Assembly (NCBI GenBank): GCA_038247415.1
Contig: JBBRUX010000006.1
Location: forward strand, 1-64,000
Origin: Chitinivibrionales bacterium
Lineage (GTDB): Bacteria > Fibrobacterota > Chitinivibrionia > Chitinivibrionales > WJKA01
Direction of reading: 5' to 3'
DNA: 64,000 nucleotides
A model generated the notes under the pieces. The model saw only the letters and a program-made list of their open reading frames with translations, did no database searches and had not been told where the DNA came from. The position numbers were made by a program, and so were the translations under genes. Shown here one piece after another: positions 20,051-30,700 of this stretch (positions are counted from its first letter, which is position 1; each line of letters opens with the position of its first letter).

Positions 20051-21718
20051 TTAGAACTTGTACTGGATACGGAATGTGAATACGCCAAGATCTTGATCTA
20101 TTAAATAAGGCCACAAGGCACTTTGAACTCCTGCTTTGGCTGTATTAGCAGCATTAGCAGCAATTTTTTCGTTCATTGGCTGATCATAGTAAGCCATCAA
20201 TTTGACATTTTCGTCCCAATGGTATACCAAACCAACACCGAGTGTCTGATAAGCTAAGTCTGCTGTTGTTGCTGCTTTGATCCCACTTTTAGCAATATAC
20301 GTACTATCCATTTGTGAACCTTCAAAATTGGCATTAGGATCATAAACATCATACTTTAAAACGAGCTGGCTATTGATTGGGTCGATATTCTGAACAATCA
20401 TGCCATAATATCCAAGGAAGTTACGGCTATAGATTGCGCCTGTACCAGCAATATCAGATTTTGGAGAAGCTGTGCTGGAGATTGTTCCAGGCTGGGTACC
20501 CATATAGACTTCACCACGAATGGATATACCTCCGACAACAGGAATGTCTTTGTAGATCTGAATATCTGCTCCTTCATATCGACGTAATACACCTTTAAAT
20601 TGATTACCAATAGAAGAATCAACATCAAAAATTTTGCTAGATTCATTAAAAGTATACAATGATTTAGTATAATTCTTGACATAACCATTATAGCCAGAAA
20701 AACCTACATCAATTTCCATATTGATATCGTTTAACGGAATGGCTACCCCAAAACGACCAATAATGTCTTTGAAACCATCATTTTCGATGTTGATACCATT
20801 TCCAGAAAATGCGCCAACTTTAGCATTAAAATAATGTAAAACCTTTGGCATATTTTCAGGGAACTTAACTTCAAAGGATGCTCCAAGACCGCGCTCTCCT
20901 GGGAAAAGAGTTTGCTCTGTACGTGAGCGCTCTGGGGATTCGCGAGAACTCGAAGAATAGCCAATTTCAAAGCCAAAGGGACGATCAAAAATACCACCCT
21001 TTATGGAGAATGATTTCAACCAAGGATCGGTAAAACGGAGATAAGCGTCTTTAACTGAAATCCCACCGCCTGTAAGGAATGTCGCAGGTTTTGTTGAATT
21101 ATTAGCTGTTAAAGTTTTTGGCACAATGTGAAGTTTGCCGTTGCTATCTATAATAGTATCAGCGGCGTTGGTTGTGATTGCAGTTGTAACAGAGGTTAAA
21201 GCATTATTATTTGTCGTGAATGGTAAACAGTCAAGTTGAATCACCCCAGTAGTGAGAGGCGTTTCATAGGCGACTTTAACGCGAGCACGACGTAATTGAA
21301 ATGTATTGTTAACGCCAGAAGTTAATTTTCCGCCAGCAAAATCACCAACAGCATAATTATATTTTCCTAGTGTAGATGCGACGCCAGTTGCCATACGTGC
21401 AGCGGCAGTATCTGTCGCTTTATCGTATCCCGTCGCCATTCTCCACTGAAACTGTGTATACCCAGAAATCTTTATCTTAGCAAGCTTATCAACCGTGCTT
21501 TTGGTAGCAAGATAATCTTCTTGAACGCCATCAATTTTGCCTTGAAGAGCTTCGAGGTTTTCACGAGCTTCGATATCAACCATCTTTGGCATCTCCATGC
21601 TCATGCTTGGCGCTGAGCTTGCTGCTGCTGGTGTCACAGAAGATGAATCCTGTGAGAACGCCTGTGCTCCTGCTCCTACTATAAAGGCTGCAAAAATAGC
21701 TGCCTTACTTCTTTTCAT
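20051..21718 (-). CDS. Outer-membrane porin, probably phosphate-selective (OprO/P-like)
   Basis: Signal peptide; KISGYTQFQ, FQLRRARVK, KDAY, RPFGFE; C-terminal RIQYKF; first gene of the pst operon; AGGAG RBS. Confidence 0.8.
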   Translation of the reverse strand: MKRSKAAIFAAFIVGAGAQAFSQDSSSVTPAAASSAPSMSMEMPKMVDIEARENLEALQGKIDGVQEDYLATKSTVDKLAKIKISGYTQFQWRMATGYDKATDTAAARMATGVASTLGKYNYAVGDFAGGKLTSGVNNTFQLRRARVKVAYETPLTTGVIQLDCLPFTTNNNALTSVTTAITTNAADTIIDSNGKLHIVPKTLTANNSTKPATFLTGGGISVKDAYLRFTDPWLKSFSIKGGIFDRPFGFEIGYSSSSRESPERSRTEQTLFPGERGLGASFEVKFPENMPKVLHYFNAKVGAFSGNGINIENDGFKDIIGRFGVAIPLNDINMEIDVGFSGYNGYVKNYTKSLYTFNESSKIFDVDSSIGNQFKGVLRRYEGADIQIYKDIPVVGGISIRGEVYMGTQPGTISSTASPKSDIAGTGAIYSRNFLGYYGMIVQNIDPINSQLVLKYDVYDPNANFEGSQMDSTYIAKSGIKAATTADLAYQTLGVGLVYHWDENVKLMAYYDQPMNEKIAANAANTAKAGVQSALWPYLIDQDLGVFTFRIQYKF

Positions 21719-21753
21719 ACTTTAACTCCTTAGTGATAGATTAAAATTGCACT

Positions 21754-21935
21754 TCGATTGTTAGTGTAATGTTAGCGAATTGTTAGAATTGTGTTAGGAA
21801 GACCTCCTTTTTTTATTTTTTTTGTTGCCATGAAAATGAACTAAAAATTGTTAGCCAAATGTTATTGCCTCATTTCTATTAAAAATCGGTGCTGATTGTT
21901 TGTGAATTGTGAGGATTGTGTTAGAAATTGGTTAG
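21754..21935 (-). promoter_or_regulatory. Three arrays of 11-bp-phased direct repeats (putative PhoB binding sites)
   Basis: Plus-strand TGTTAG at 21759/21770/21781/21792; TGTTAG/TGTTAT at 21849/21860; TGTTTG/TGTGAG/TGTTAG/GGTTAG at 21897/21908/21919/21930 (CTAACA on the minus strand). Confidence 0.8.
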
Positions 21936-22043
21936 CGTTTGGCCAGTAGCTAAGACCTGAAATACCAAGAATCTATTTTTCTCTATACATTATATATGAT
22001 CTGATAAGTTTTGAGGTCATTCTTAATTACTAAAGGAACTAGT

Positions 22044-24737
22044 GTGAATCCTAACAAAAAGCTTATTCTGCTTGATGGTCATGCGTTAGCATACCGCGCA
22101 TACTTTGCAACTCAACGCAATGGGCTAACTAATCGGCAAGGTCAGCCAACGGGTGCTATTTATGGATTTGTTTTATATCTGATGAGAATTTTGTCTCTTT
22201 ACCCTGATGCGCATCGGGCCGTAGTTTTTGATAGTCCAAAGCCAACTTTTCGGCACACAATTTATGAGGCATATAAAGCAAACCGCGAGGCAATGCCCGA
22301 TGATCTTGTGTCGCAATTCCCCTTTATCTTTCAACTTGTTAATGCATTTAACATGCCGGTTATTCGCCAAGATGGTTTAGAAGCCGATGATATTCTTGCC
22401 TATTTAGCCAAAGAGGGGACGGCTGCTGGGTATAAAGTTTGGCTTGTTACGCGGGATAAAGACCTCATGCAGTTGTGCAATGATTCGGTACACATGCTCG
22501 CGCCTGGAATTGGGGGCGTTTTCGAAGAATTCGGTCCCGATGAAGTGAGACTTAAAATGGGGGTTGGGCCCGAATGCATCCGCGATCTTTTAGCGCTTAT
22601 GGGTGATGCTTCAGATAATATCCCTGGTGTACCATCGGTGGGAGAAAAGACGGCTGTTAAAATTTTGCTGAAAGCTAAAAGCATCGATGCGCTTCTTGAA
22701 AATGTTTCTATCCTCGAGAATAAAAAGCTCGAAGAAAAAATCATGGAAAATAAGGATCTTCTTCTTTTATCACGTGAGCTTGCAACGCTTAAAACAGATA
22801 TCACGCTCGAACACAGCTTGTCCGATTTATCGCCCAAACAGCCGATTCCGCAGTTGTGCACCGATTTGTTTACTCAATTGGAATTTACAACCTTTTTAAA
22901 AAATCCTCTTTTTTCAACAGCTAAGGCAATGTCATTTGAGACTGTTGTGGTAACAGATATTAATCAGGTGAGCGAGATTGTTAAAGAAATTGAATCTGCA
23001 GGATTTGTTTCGCTGGATACCGAAACAACAAGCATTCTTCCTCGTCAGGCAGAACTTGTGGGTATTTCGATTGCAACGGGAATTTATAAAGCCTATTATA
23101 TTCCTGTTGGTCACTGTGCTCCGCTCGATTCTTTTGTCAATCTTCCACGTACCGAGGTTCTCGAAATTGTGCGGGGGATTATTGAGTCCCCCAGCATAAA
23201 AAAAATTGGGCAGAATCTAAAATATGATTACCAGATCTTTAAAAATTATGGCATTAAACTGGCAGGAATAAGCTTCGATGTCATGATTGCTGCGTATCTG
23301 GTTGATCCTGGAAAACGTCAATACGGACTTGAGGTGCTTGCTACCGACATGCTTGGGCTGCAAACAAAGCCTATCGAAGATCTCATTGGCAAGGGGGCCA
23401 GGCAAAAATCATTTGCAGAAGTGGAAATAGCTGAAGCTGCCGTATATTCTGGTGAAGATGCCATCCTTCCGATAATGCTTAAAGAAATACTCCTGCCCAA
23501 ATTAGTGGAACAAGAGAGTCTTGATCTTTACAATAATTTAGAAATTCCGCTGGTTACGGTTTTGGCAGAAATGGAATGGGCTGGGGTTGCGCTCGATACC
23601 GGATTTTTGGCAGAGATGGAAAAAGAAGTCGCAGAAAAATTAACTGCTATTTCACAGGAAATTTATACTCTCGCGGGTGAAACGTTTAATCTTAATTCAC
23701 CAAAGCAAGTTTCAGAAGTCTTTTTTGAGCATTTGGGTATGCCCAAGTCTAAAAAAACGAAGACCGGGCTTTCAACAGATGTTGACGCATTGGAAAAACT
23801 TGCCGAATCATATCCTATTGCCCAAACGCTTCTCTCATATCGTGAATTTCAAAAATTACAATCAACATATATTCAGGCATTGCCACAACAGATTTGTAGT
23901 ACGAGCGGGAGATTGCACACTTCGTTTAATCAGACTATCGCTGCAACAGGCCGATTGTCAAGCACGTCTCCCAATCTTCAAAATATACCTATCAGAACCG
24001 AAGAAGGACGAAAAATTCGTAAGGCATTTGTGGCTTCTCCGGGAACTCATATTGTAGCAGCCGACTATTCTCAAATTGAATTGCGCATTCTTGCGCATGT
24101 GTCGCAAGACTCAACGCTGTGTTCGGCGTTTCATAACGATCAGGACATTCACGAGCAGACTGCTTCGGTGATGTATGGCGTGTTTCCTTCATTTGTAACA
24201 CCACAAATGCGCCGAGCGGCAAAAACCATCAATTTTGGGCTCATGTATGGAATGGGTCCGCATAATCTTGCAGGGCAACTCAAAATTTCATTTAAGGAAG
24301 CTCAAAAATTTATCGAGACCTATTTTGGGCAATTTCCTAAAATCCATGCTTCTATGGATGCTGCGATTGCGCAAGCGCGAGAGCGTGGCTATGCACAAAC
24401 GCTCATTGGTAGGCGCAGGTATTTGCCCGAAATTAATTCAGATAACAGGCAGGTTCGCGAGGCAACAGAACGAGTGGCCATTAATACGCCAATTCAAGGA
24501 ACTGCAGCCGATATTATTAAACTCGCCATGATTACGATAAGTAAAGAAATTCCTGCGCTCTTTCCTGCAGTACAAATGCTGTTACAGGTGCACGATGAAC
24601 TCGTGTTCGAAGTTCCTCTTCAGCAAACACAGGATTTTTCTGTGTGGGTATGTGAAAAAATGAGTTCGGCATGCACGCTCAGTATACCACTTAAAGTAGA
24701 TTCTGGTTTTGGTTTAAGCTGGAGCGAGGCGCATTAG
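22044..24737 (+). CDS. polA: DNA polymerase I
   Basis: 5'-exonuclease LLDGHALAYRAY, EADD; 3'-exonuclease DTETT; polymerase TGRLSS..PNLQNIP, ADYSQIELR, QVHDEL; GTG start after AAAGGA. Confidence 0.97.
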   Translation: MNPNKKLILLDGHALAYRAYFATQRNGLTNRQGQPTGAIYGFVLYLMRILSLYPDAHRAVVFDSPKPTFRHTIYEAYKANREAMPDDLVSQFPFIFQLVNAFNMPVIRQDGLEADDILAYLAKEGTAAGYKVWLVTRDKDLMQLCNDSVHMLAPGIGGVFEEFGPDEVRLKMGVGPECIRDLLALMGDASDNIPGVPSVGEKTAVKILLKAKSIDALLENVSILENKKLEEKIMENKDLLLLSRELATLKTDITLEHSLSDLSPKQPIPQLCTDLFTQLEFTTFLKNPLFSTAKAMSFETVVVTDINQVSEIVKEIESAGFVSLDTETTSILPRQAELVGISIATGIYKAYYIPVGHCAPLDSFVNLPRTEVLEIVRGIIESPSIKKIGQNLKYDYQIFKNYGIKLAGISFDVMIAAYLVDPGKRQYGLEVLATDMLGLQTKPIEDLIGKGARQKSFAEVEIAEAAVYSGEDAILPIMLKEILLPKLVEQESLDLYNNLEIPLVTVLAEMEWAGVALDTGFLAEMEKEVAEKLTAISQEIYTLAGETFNLNSPKQVSEVFFEHLGMPKSKKTKTGLSTDVDALEKLAESYPIAQTLLSYREFQKLQSTYIQALPQQICSTSGRLHTSFNQTIAATGRLSSTSPNLQNIPIRTEEGRKIRKAFVASPGTHIVAADYSQIELRILAHVSQDSTLCSAFHNDQDIHEQTASVMYGVFPSFVTPQMRRAAKTINFGLMYGMGPHNLAGQLKISFKEAQKFIETYFGQFPKIHASMDAAIAQARERGYAQTLIGRRRYLPEINSDNRQVREATERVAINTPIQGTAADIIKLAMITISKEIPALFPAVQMLLQVHDELVFEVPLQQTQDFSVWVCEKMSSACTLSIPLKVDSGFGLSWSEAH

Positions 24738-25588
24738 GCTTTTTTGGGGTTTTCGCCGGTTTCGTTTTTGAAAAAAGCGATGCCTTCTCGTACAAGCTCC
24801 ATGTCTACACAGGTATTGATACAAGGGCCATTTGGGCGATCGTTGATCACGCCATACACCGGGGTTGGGTATACATCCAAAATTCCAAGAGTTAGATCAC
24901 GTTCGCATGCAACCGCAAGAATCCCATCGGGTTTAAACTGCTTAACACGCCTTCGGGCCAAGGTTCCTCCATTGACAACATCCATCGATAGATTAAAGTG
25001 TCTGGCCATTTCAAGAAGCGATCCTACCGTGCATCGTCCGCATTGAACGCAATTGTCAACACTGCCGGTAATTTTTCTATTACACACATCAATTTGCAAA
25101 CAATGAGGCAAAAGAACCAGTATCTTGTCGCCTTTGATGCGTTTTCGTTGCGCTTTGGTCATAGCATTATTGACTTTTACAAAAGATGTCCGCAATTTGG
25201 CTCTATCGTAACCAACAAGGCGTCCTAAAAATACGGCAAGGGGGAAGAGCAGCGAAACGGTAATTGAAGGCTTTTTATGAGGATAGAGTAAATCGATACC
25301 AGTGAGAGCCGTGATCGTAATAAGCAAAAGCCCTCCGCCGATAAGCGCAATCATGCCACCTAAGATAAACATCGCTACAATATTGAAAGGCTCGCTCAGG
25401 ACGATAAGCCGAGGGCTTATTAAATAATAAAAGAGTCCACAAAACCCAGCAAATAATGCAACCCCCAGCCAGCAGAAAAAAAGAAACGGCCCCATGCGAA
25501 AGGCACTCCGCCAGCTGCTTTCTAAGGGAGCAGTGGCGGGAGTTGATACAGAAGCTTTGGGCAATGGGTAATTGGTGTTAGCTTCCAT
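24734..25588 (-). CDS. DUF116 family membrane protein
   Basis: LLPHCLQ, CVQCGRC, GGTLAR, AVACERDL, NDRPNGPCINT. Confidence 0.85.
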   Translation of the reverse strand: MEANTNYPLPKASVSTPATAPLESSWRSAFRMGPFLFFCWLGVALFAGFCGLFYYLISPRLIVLSEPFNIVAMFILGGMIALIGGGLLLITITALTGIDLLYPHKKPSITVSLLFPLAVFLGRLVGYDRAKLRTSFVKVNNAMTKAQRKRIKGDKILVLLPHCLQIDVCNRKITGSVDNCVQCGRCTVGSLLEMARHFNLSMDVVNGGTLARRRVKQFKPDGILAVACERDLTLGILDVYPTPVYGVINDRPNGPCINTCVDMELVREGIAFFKNETGENPKKA

Positions 25589-25592
25589 GAGG

Positions 25593-25817
25593 TCAGACGA
25601 GGTTTTCGATTCCCTTAACTTCGGGAATACGAGCCTTTAATACACGTTCCACGCCATTTTTTAACGTAAATGCAGCACCTGGGCAGCCGCTACATGCACC
25701 TCGCAGCCGCACCTGAACAATTCCATCTGCAGTTATGTCAACCAATTCAATATCGCCACCATCTGCTTGAAGATTAGGGCGGATTTCAGAAATCACCTGT
25801 TCGACTTGTTCGCGCAT
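25593..25817 (-). CDS. NifU C-terminal (Nfu) Fe-S carrier
   Basis: IRPNLQADGGDIEL, GACSGCP, TLKNGVE. Confidence 0.92.
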   Translation of the reverse strand: MREQVEQVISEIRPNLQADGGDIELVDITADGIVQVRLRGACSGCPGAAFTLKNGVERVLKARIPEVKGIENLV

Positions 25818-25947
25818 ATCTAACCCTTTCAATGAATGTCTAAAACGTTACTGGTGAATAGGTAAAATAGGTTGAAGAAAAAGCAGTTCGCAATTGAGTT
25901 CTAATTAAAGAGTTTATTGATGTGCAAAAATGTATTTTCATCACCCT

Positions 25948-27738
25948 ATGGACACAATTGCAATTATAGATTTTGGTGGGCAATATGCCCATCTCATAGC
26001 TAATCGTATTCGCAGGCTCGGAGTTTACTCTGCTATTTATCCGAGTGATAGTGCACCAAAAAGTCTTGTAACATGCAAGGGCATTATCCTTTCGGGTAGT
26101 CCGCACAGTGTTACAAATTCAAACTCCCCATTGGTTGATCCTGGTATTTTTGATCTTGGCATTCCTATTTTAGGATTGTGCTACGGGCATCAGCTCATGT
26201 CAAAAATGCTTGGAGGCACGGTTGCCAAAGGCACGACCAACGAATACGGGATTGCGACCATCAATGTTGATGCATCTGCACCAATTTTTAAAAATGTTGC
26301 AGCATCTACCGTTGTTTGGATGAGCCATGGCTATGCAGTGAGTGCTATTCCCCAAGGTTTTTCGATCTGCGCGCAGTCTGCCGATTGCAGTGTTGCTGCC
26401 ATGATAGATCAAAAACGGCGCTTGTATGGGTTTCAATTTCATCCCGAAGTTACCGATACGCCACAAGGCCAGGTTATGCTTGGTAATTTCATTGACATAT
26501 GCAGTTGTACACGATCGTGGGATCCAACGTCTTTTGTCAAGGACATTCAAAAAAATGTTGCACAAGCCTGCCTGGGCAAAAAAGTTTTTCTACTCGTATC
26601 TGGTGGGGTCGATTCAACCGTGTGCTTTGCTTTGCTTAACAAAGTTTTAGGGCCAGATCGCGTGGTTGGTTTACATATAGATAATGGCCTCATGCGAAAA
26701 GATGAATCCGCTGCCATCATGCGGTACATGCAAGAAAATGGTTTTCATAACTTAGTTATAGAAGATGCCTCAGCTCAATTTATCGATGCGCTCAAAGGGG
26801 TTTACGAACCAGAAAAAAAACGTGGTATCATAGGTAATATGTTTTTAACTGTTAAAGTGCAAGCAGAATCAAAACTTCGGCTCAATACTAACGAATGGCT
26901 TCTTGCTCAAGGAACTATTTATCCCGACACCATCGAAAGTGCTGGAACCAAACACGCCGACCGAATTAAAACCCATCATAATCGCGTTGATATCATGCTT
27001 GAGCTTCTCGAAAAAGGGCTCCTTATAGAACCGATCTCGCAGCTTTACAAAGATGAAGTCAGGATGCTTGGAGAAGCATTAGGTGTTCCAAAAGAGCTCG
27101 TTTGGCGACATCCGTTTCCAGGTCCTGGTTTGGGGGTTAGGCTCCTTTGTGCCTCGGGTCAGGAATCGAGCGTTAGCAGCACGGTTACAGAAGAGGTTTC
27201 TAAACTGCTTATTGGTAGCGGATATTCTGTTACTGTCCTGCCGGTAAAGAGCGTTGGCGTTCAAGGGGACGAACGCACGTATGCCCATCCAGCTGTTTTA
27301 ACGGGGCCATGCACGTGGGAAAAGCTCGAAGAAGTATCTACCATGATTACCAATCGTTTCCGCGATATCAACCGAGTGGCGTACCTTGTATCTGGTTCAT
27401 GCGATGAATGCGTGCTTGTAAAAGCCGAGGTTACCACAGATCGCCTCACTATTTTGCGAGATGTTGACGATTGTGTAACAAAGGCTCTTATCGATAATCA
27501 AGAATATGATCAGGTTTGGCAAATGCCGGTTGTTATGCTTCCCCTTGCCGATGCATTGGGCCGCTGGGTGGTGGTGCTTCGGCCTGTTAAATCTACCGAG
27601 GCCATGACTGCTCGTTTTTTACCCTTAGGCGAAAAAACGCTTAATCAGATTGTTGCTTCAATTTTGGCTTTACAGAGTGTAGCAGCAATCCTCTATGACA
27701 TCACTCATAAACCGCCCGGTACTATTGAGTGGGAGTAG
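25948..27738 (+). CDS. guaA: GMP synthase (glutamine-hydrolysing), long form
   Basis: IDFGGQY, GLCYGHQ, QFHPEV, SGGVDSTV, QGTIYPDTIES, RHPFPGPGL, KPPGTIEWE. Confidence 0.96.
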   Translation: MDTIAIIDFGGQYAHLIANRIRRLGVYSAIYPSDSAPKSLVTCKGIILSGSPHSVTNSNSPLVDPGIFDLGIPILGLCYGHQLMSKMLGGTVAKGTTNEYGIATINVDASAPIFKNVAASTVVWMSHGYAVSAIPQGFSICAQSADCSVAAMIDQKRRLYGFQFHPEVTDTPQGQVMLGNFIDICSCTRSWDPTSFVKDIQKNVAQACLGKKVFLLVSGGVDSTVCFALLNKVLGPDRVVGLHIDNGLMRKDESAAIMRYMQENGFHNLVIEDASAQFIDALKGVYEPEKKRGIIGNMFLTVKVQAESKLRLNTNEWLLAQGTIYPDTIESAGTKHADRIKTHHNRVDIMLELLEKGLLIEPISQLYKDEVRMLGEALGVPKELVWRHPFPGPGLGVRLLCASGQESSVSSTVTEEVSKLLIGSGYSVTVLPVKSVGVQGDERTYAHPAVLTGPCTWEKLEEVSTMITNRFRDINRVAYLVSGSCDECVLVKAEVTTDRLTILRDVDDCVTKALIDNQEYDQVWQMPVVMLPLADALGRWVVVLRPVKSTEAMTARFLPLGEKTLNQIVASILALQSVAAILYDITHKPPGTIEWE

Positions 27739-27781
27739 CGTCGACGTTTATTTTTAATAGTTGATGCCATTCTCATTGCTC

Positions 27782-30700
27782 TTAAAATTGTCCGCCCAGT
27801 GAAAAGTAGGTGACCGGTTTTCCTGCGAATGTTGTAAAATCTGTGGGCCATGCGTGATCATATCGCAGCACAAAAATCCCCAGATTAATACTCATCCCAA
27901 ATCCAACTCCGCCATAAATTTTATTGGGTAAAGAAAAAGTCGAAGGGGAAACGGAAGGATCCCATGCATTGCCGGCATCGGCAAAGAGCGATCCGTTTAT
28001 GTATTGTATAGAAAAATCAAAGGGCCATACAACGTTAATTTCTTTAATAAAAGGGAATCGGAATTCAGTATTAACAACTGCGAATCGTGTCCCGGTAATA
28101 TCCAAATAGTTCCAGCCTCTAAAAGGAACAACAAATTCGGAATAGACAAGATTTGAGGCGTTTGCATCATACTCTTTTCCATTAGCCCTGAAATTGAGCC
28201 AGTTTTCATTCCCACCTAGCAAGTAGCGGCGCGCCGAATGGGTGGCAGTTCCAAGAGGATTTGCAGCACCAAAGGATCCCTTGGTAGCCCATACAAATTT
28301 TTTAGCAAAATGGAAATATTTACGAAAATCAGCATCAAAAGAGATAAAGGGCGCATCAATAATTGAAAGAGGCGGAGAAATCATGGCTTTTGCTTGCGCC
28401 CGCATCCCATTAAGTGGTCCTGTTAAACCCCACAATGTGTTGTCAAATGTCCATTGAAGCGATGGCATGGCCATGGTGAAATGAAGTGATGTTGGTGCCA
28501 GTTTTCCCTGTGAATCCACAGGTGTTCGTTTAAGCTGGTTGAAGTTCAGATTGGCTTCGATACGCATAAATTGGGAGAAGGGGTACATACCAGAAAACGA
28601 AATGCCATAATAGGTATCGCGAAAAATCTGGTCTGTCAGGAAGGAGAGAGAATAATCCCTGTTAAAGAATCCGCCAATGCCAAAATTGACGCGATGCTTA
28701 AGCGAATAATACGATCCAAAAAAATGTGCATACTGATCTATTCGTCCTTGTAAATTAGCAGCAATGGCAATTTGATGATCCCCCAGCATATCCGAAAAAA
28801 TAGCTACAGCTTGCCCCGCGGCGCCGTTTAAAGATCCAACCCCAAGTCCCACCGTTACCATATCCGGCGAAAATTCCAGATGATAGGGTGTTGCCATTCG
28901 AGCAATGTAGAGCGAGTCGGGAAATCTTTTGCTCCCTGTGGTTTGCAAAAAAGAATCTTTTCGTGTGCGTGTTGTATAGAGGCTATCTGGTTGATGACGT
29001 GCAGTGTCCAACCCTTGTGTTTTGGCAGAATCCCCTTTTTCAAAGATGCCAAGAGAATCGGAATCATAGTTTACTGGTTCTTGTGCTTTAGAAAGGGGAA
29101 ATGGAGTGAATTTCTCTTTGCTATTCTTAACAGTATCAGGAGGTATTGCTCTTTTAGTAAAATAATCGCGCTGCGTATTTTCACGCGTTAGTTGCCACCG
29201 GGTGGGGTCCAGTGGTGCACTTTTAAGTTTAGATCCCAAACTGTCAATAAGCCAGATGTTCCATTGCTGCTTTTGAAAAATGCATACTACTAAGGAAGAA
29301 TCTGTGGTAGACAAATCTGGTTGTGAGCATCCTCCAATAATATCGGTAAGCGGTTGCGCGAAATCGGGATGCGCCCGGGGTGCACTATACAGATTGTCGA
29401 TTCCGTTTACATCATTAACAAAAACAATTTTCGAGCCGTCACCAGAGAATGTTGGCTGCTTTTTGTTTCCGGGTGTATGGGTAAGTTGTACAAGTTCGTT
29501 GCTTATTAAATGCAAAATAAACAATTGAGAGAAAGGCTTCTCCGATGTTCCGTCAAGCGATGGAACCGAAGCTGCGGTATCTTTCATTGTAAATATAATG
29601 CTACTATCTCCAGGCGCAAAGCGCGGATCCGTTTCGGCTTCTAAGGAGGTTGTAAGTCGCTCAAGTGTCAGGGTTGAAAGTGTTAGACGATACAAATCTA
29701 GAGAGCCGTTTTTTAAACCTGAAAAAACAAGATGAGCCCCATCATGAGACCAATCTGGTGAGAATATTCCATCGAGATTGAGTGCTATCGTCTTGGAAAT
29801 CTGTTTGCGCTGTAAGTTGGCTATGCGAATTTCATCGCGGCCTTTGTTGTGGGCAATAAATGCAATCCGATGGCCGTCGGGCGCCCATGCAAGACCGCTG
29901 CGAAAGGGATGAAAAGCCTCAAAATAACCACCCGAACTATTTTGCTCTATCGATTGGATAATAGCACCTTTACGATTTGCTATAACTATGCGCGTGTAGT
30001 CATTATCATCGGTATAGTAGGCAATCTTTTTTCCGTCGGGTGAAAAACGCGGATACAGATTGAAATGACTGTGATTTTTATCTGCATCGGTGATTGGCTT
30101 GGCGATTTGGTTAAGAGCTGTTCGATGACCAATTTCGGGCCAATAATTCTGCTTGAGCGATTGAATCCATTCTGCAGAAAGTTGTGAGAGTTTCTGATGG
30201 TATGTTTTTTCGAGGGCCTCGGTTGGATTTTTTTCATTTCTAAAATAGCGCAAAAAAACTAAAAAAGACTTTCGGCCTCGGGTAGTGTACAAATAATAAA
30301 AAAACGATTGCCCTCCTTTGTAAACCATATAGTCATTCATAGTTGGGCCAATAGGCTGGACTTGACCAAAGATCGTTCTGTCAAGCAAAAACATGTCTGC
30401 TTCTTTATCCCAGCCGCTCGATAAAAATTCGGCAAGCCCTTCTGCAAACCACAGAGGCATCCCACGGGTTGTACTACCAAGTTGTTCGGCAATAATCCCA
30501 TATTGAAATGCATGCACCAATTCATGATGCAAAACATGTCGAAACGATTCGAGCGAGCCATCGTAAGGAATAACAATCCTGTTTTTAAAGCTTTCGGTAA
30601 AACCGCCAACTCCTTCTGGAATGAGGTCGGACACGATATTGGTTTGCTCAAAGTTTGTTGGGCTGGTATAAATAATCAACGGAATGGCTGTTTTATGGGT

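Noticed and set aside
21772..21831. 19-codon minus-strand ORF (MATKKIKKGG...) upstream of the porin
   Set aside because: No RBS, and it overlaps the repeat array; probably chance
21754..21935. Repeat arrays as a mini-CRISPR, iterons or DnaA boxes
   Set aside because: Units are 6-bp cores at an 11-bp period with no spacers, cas or rep genes; the pst context explains them
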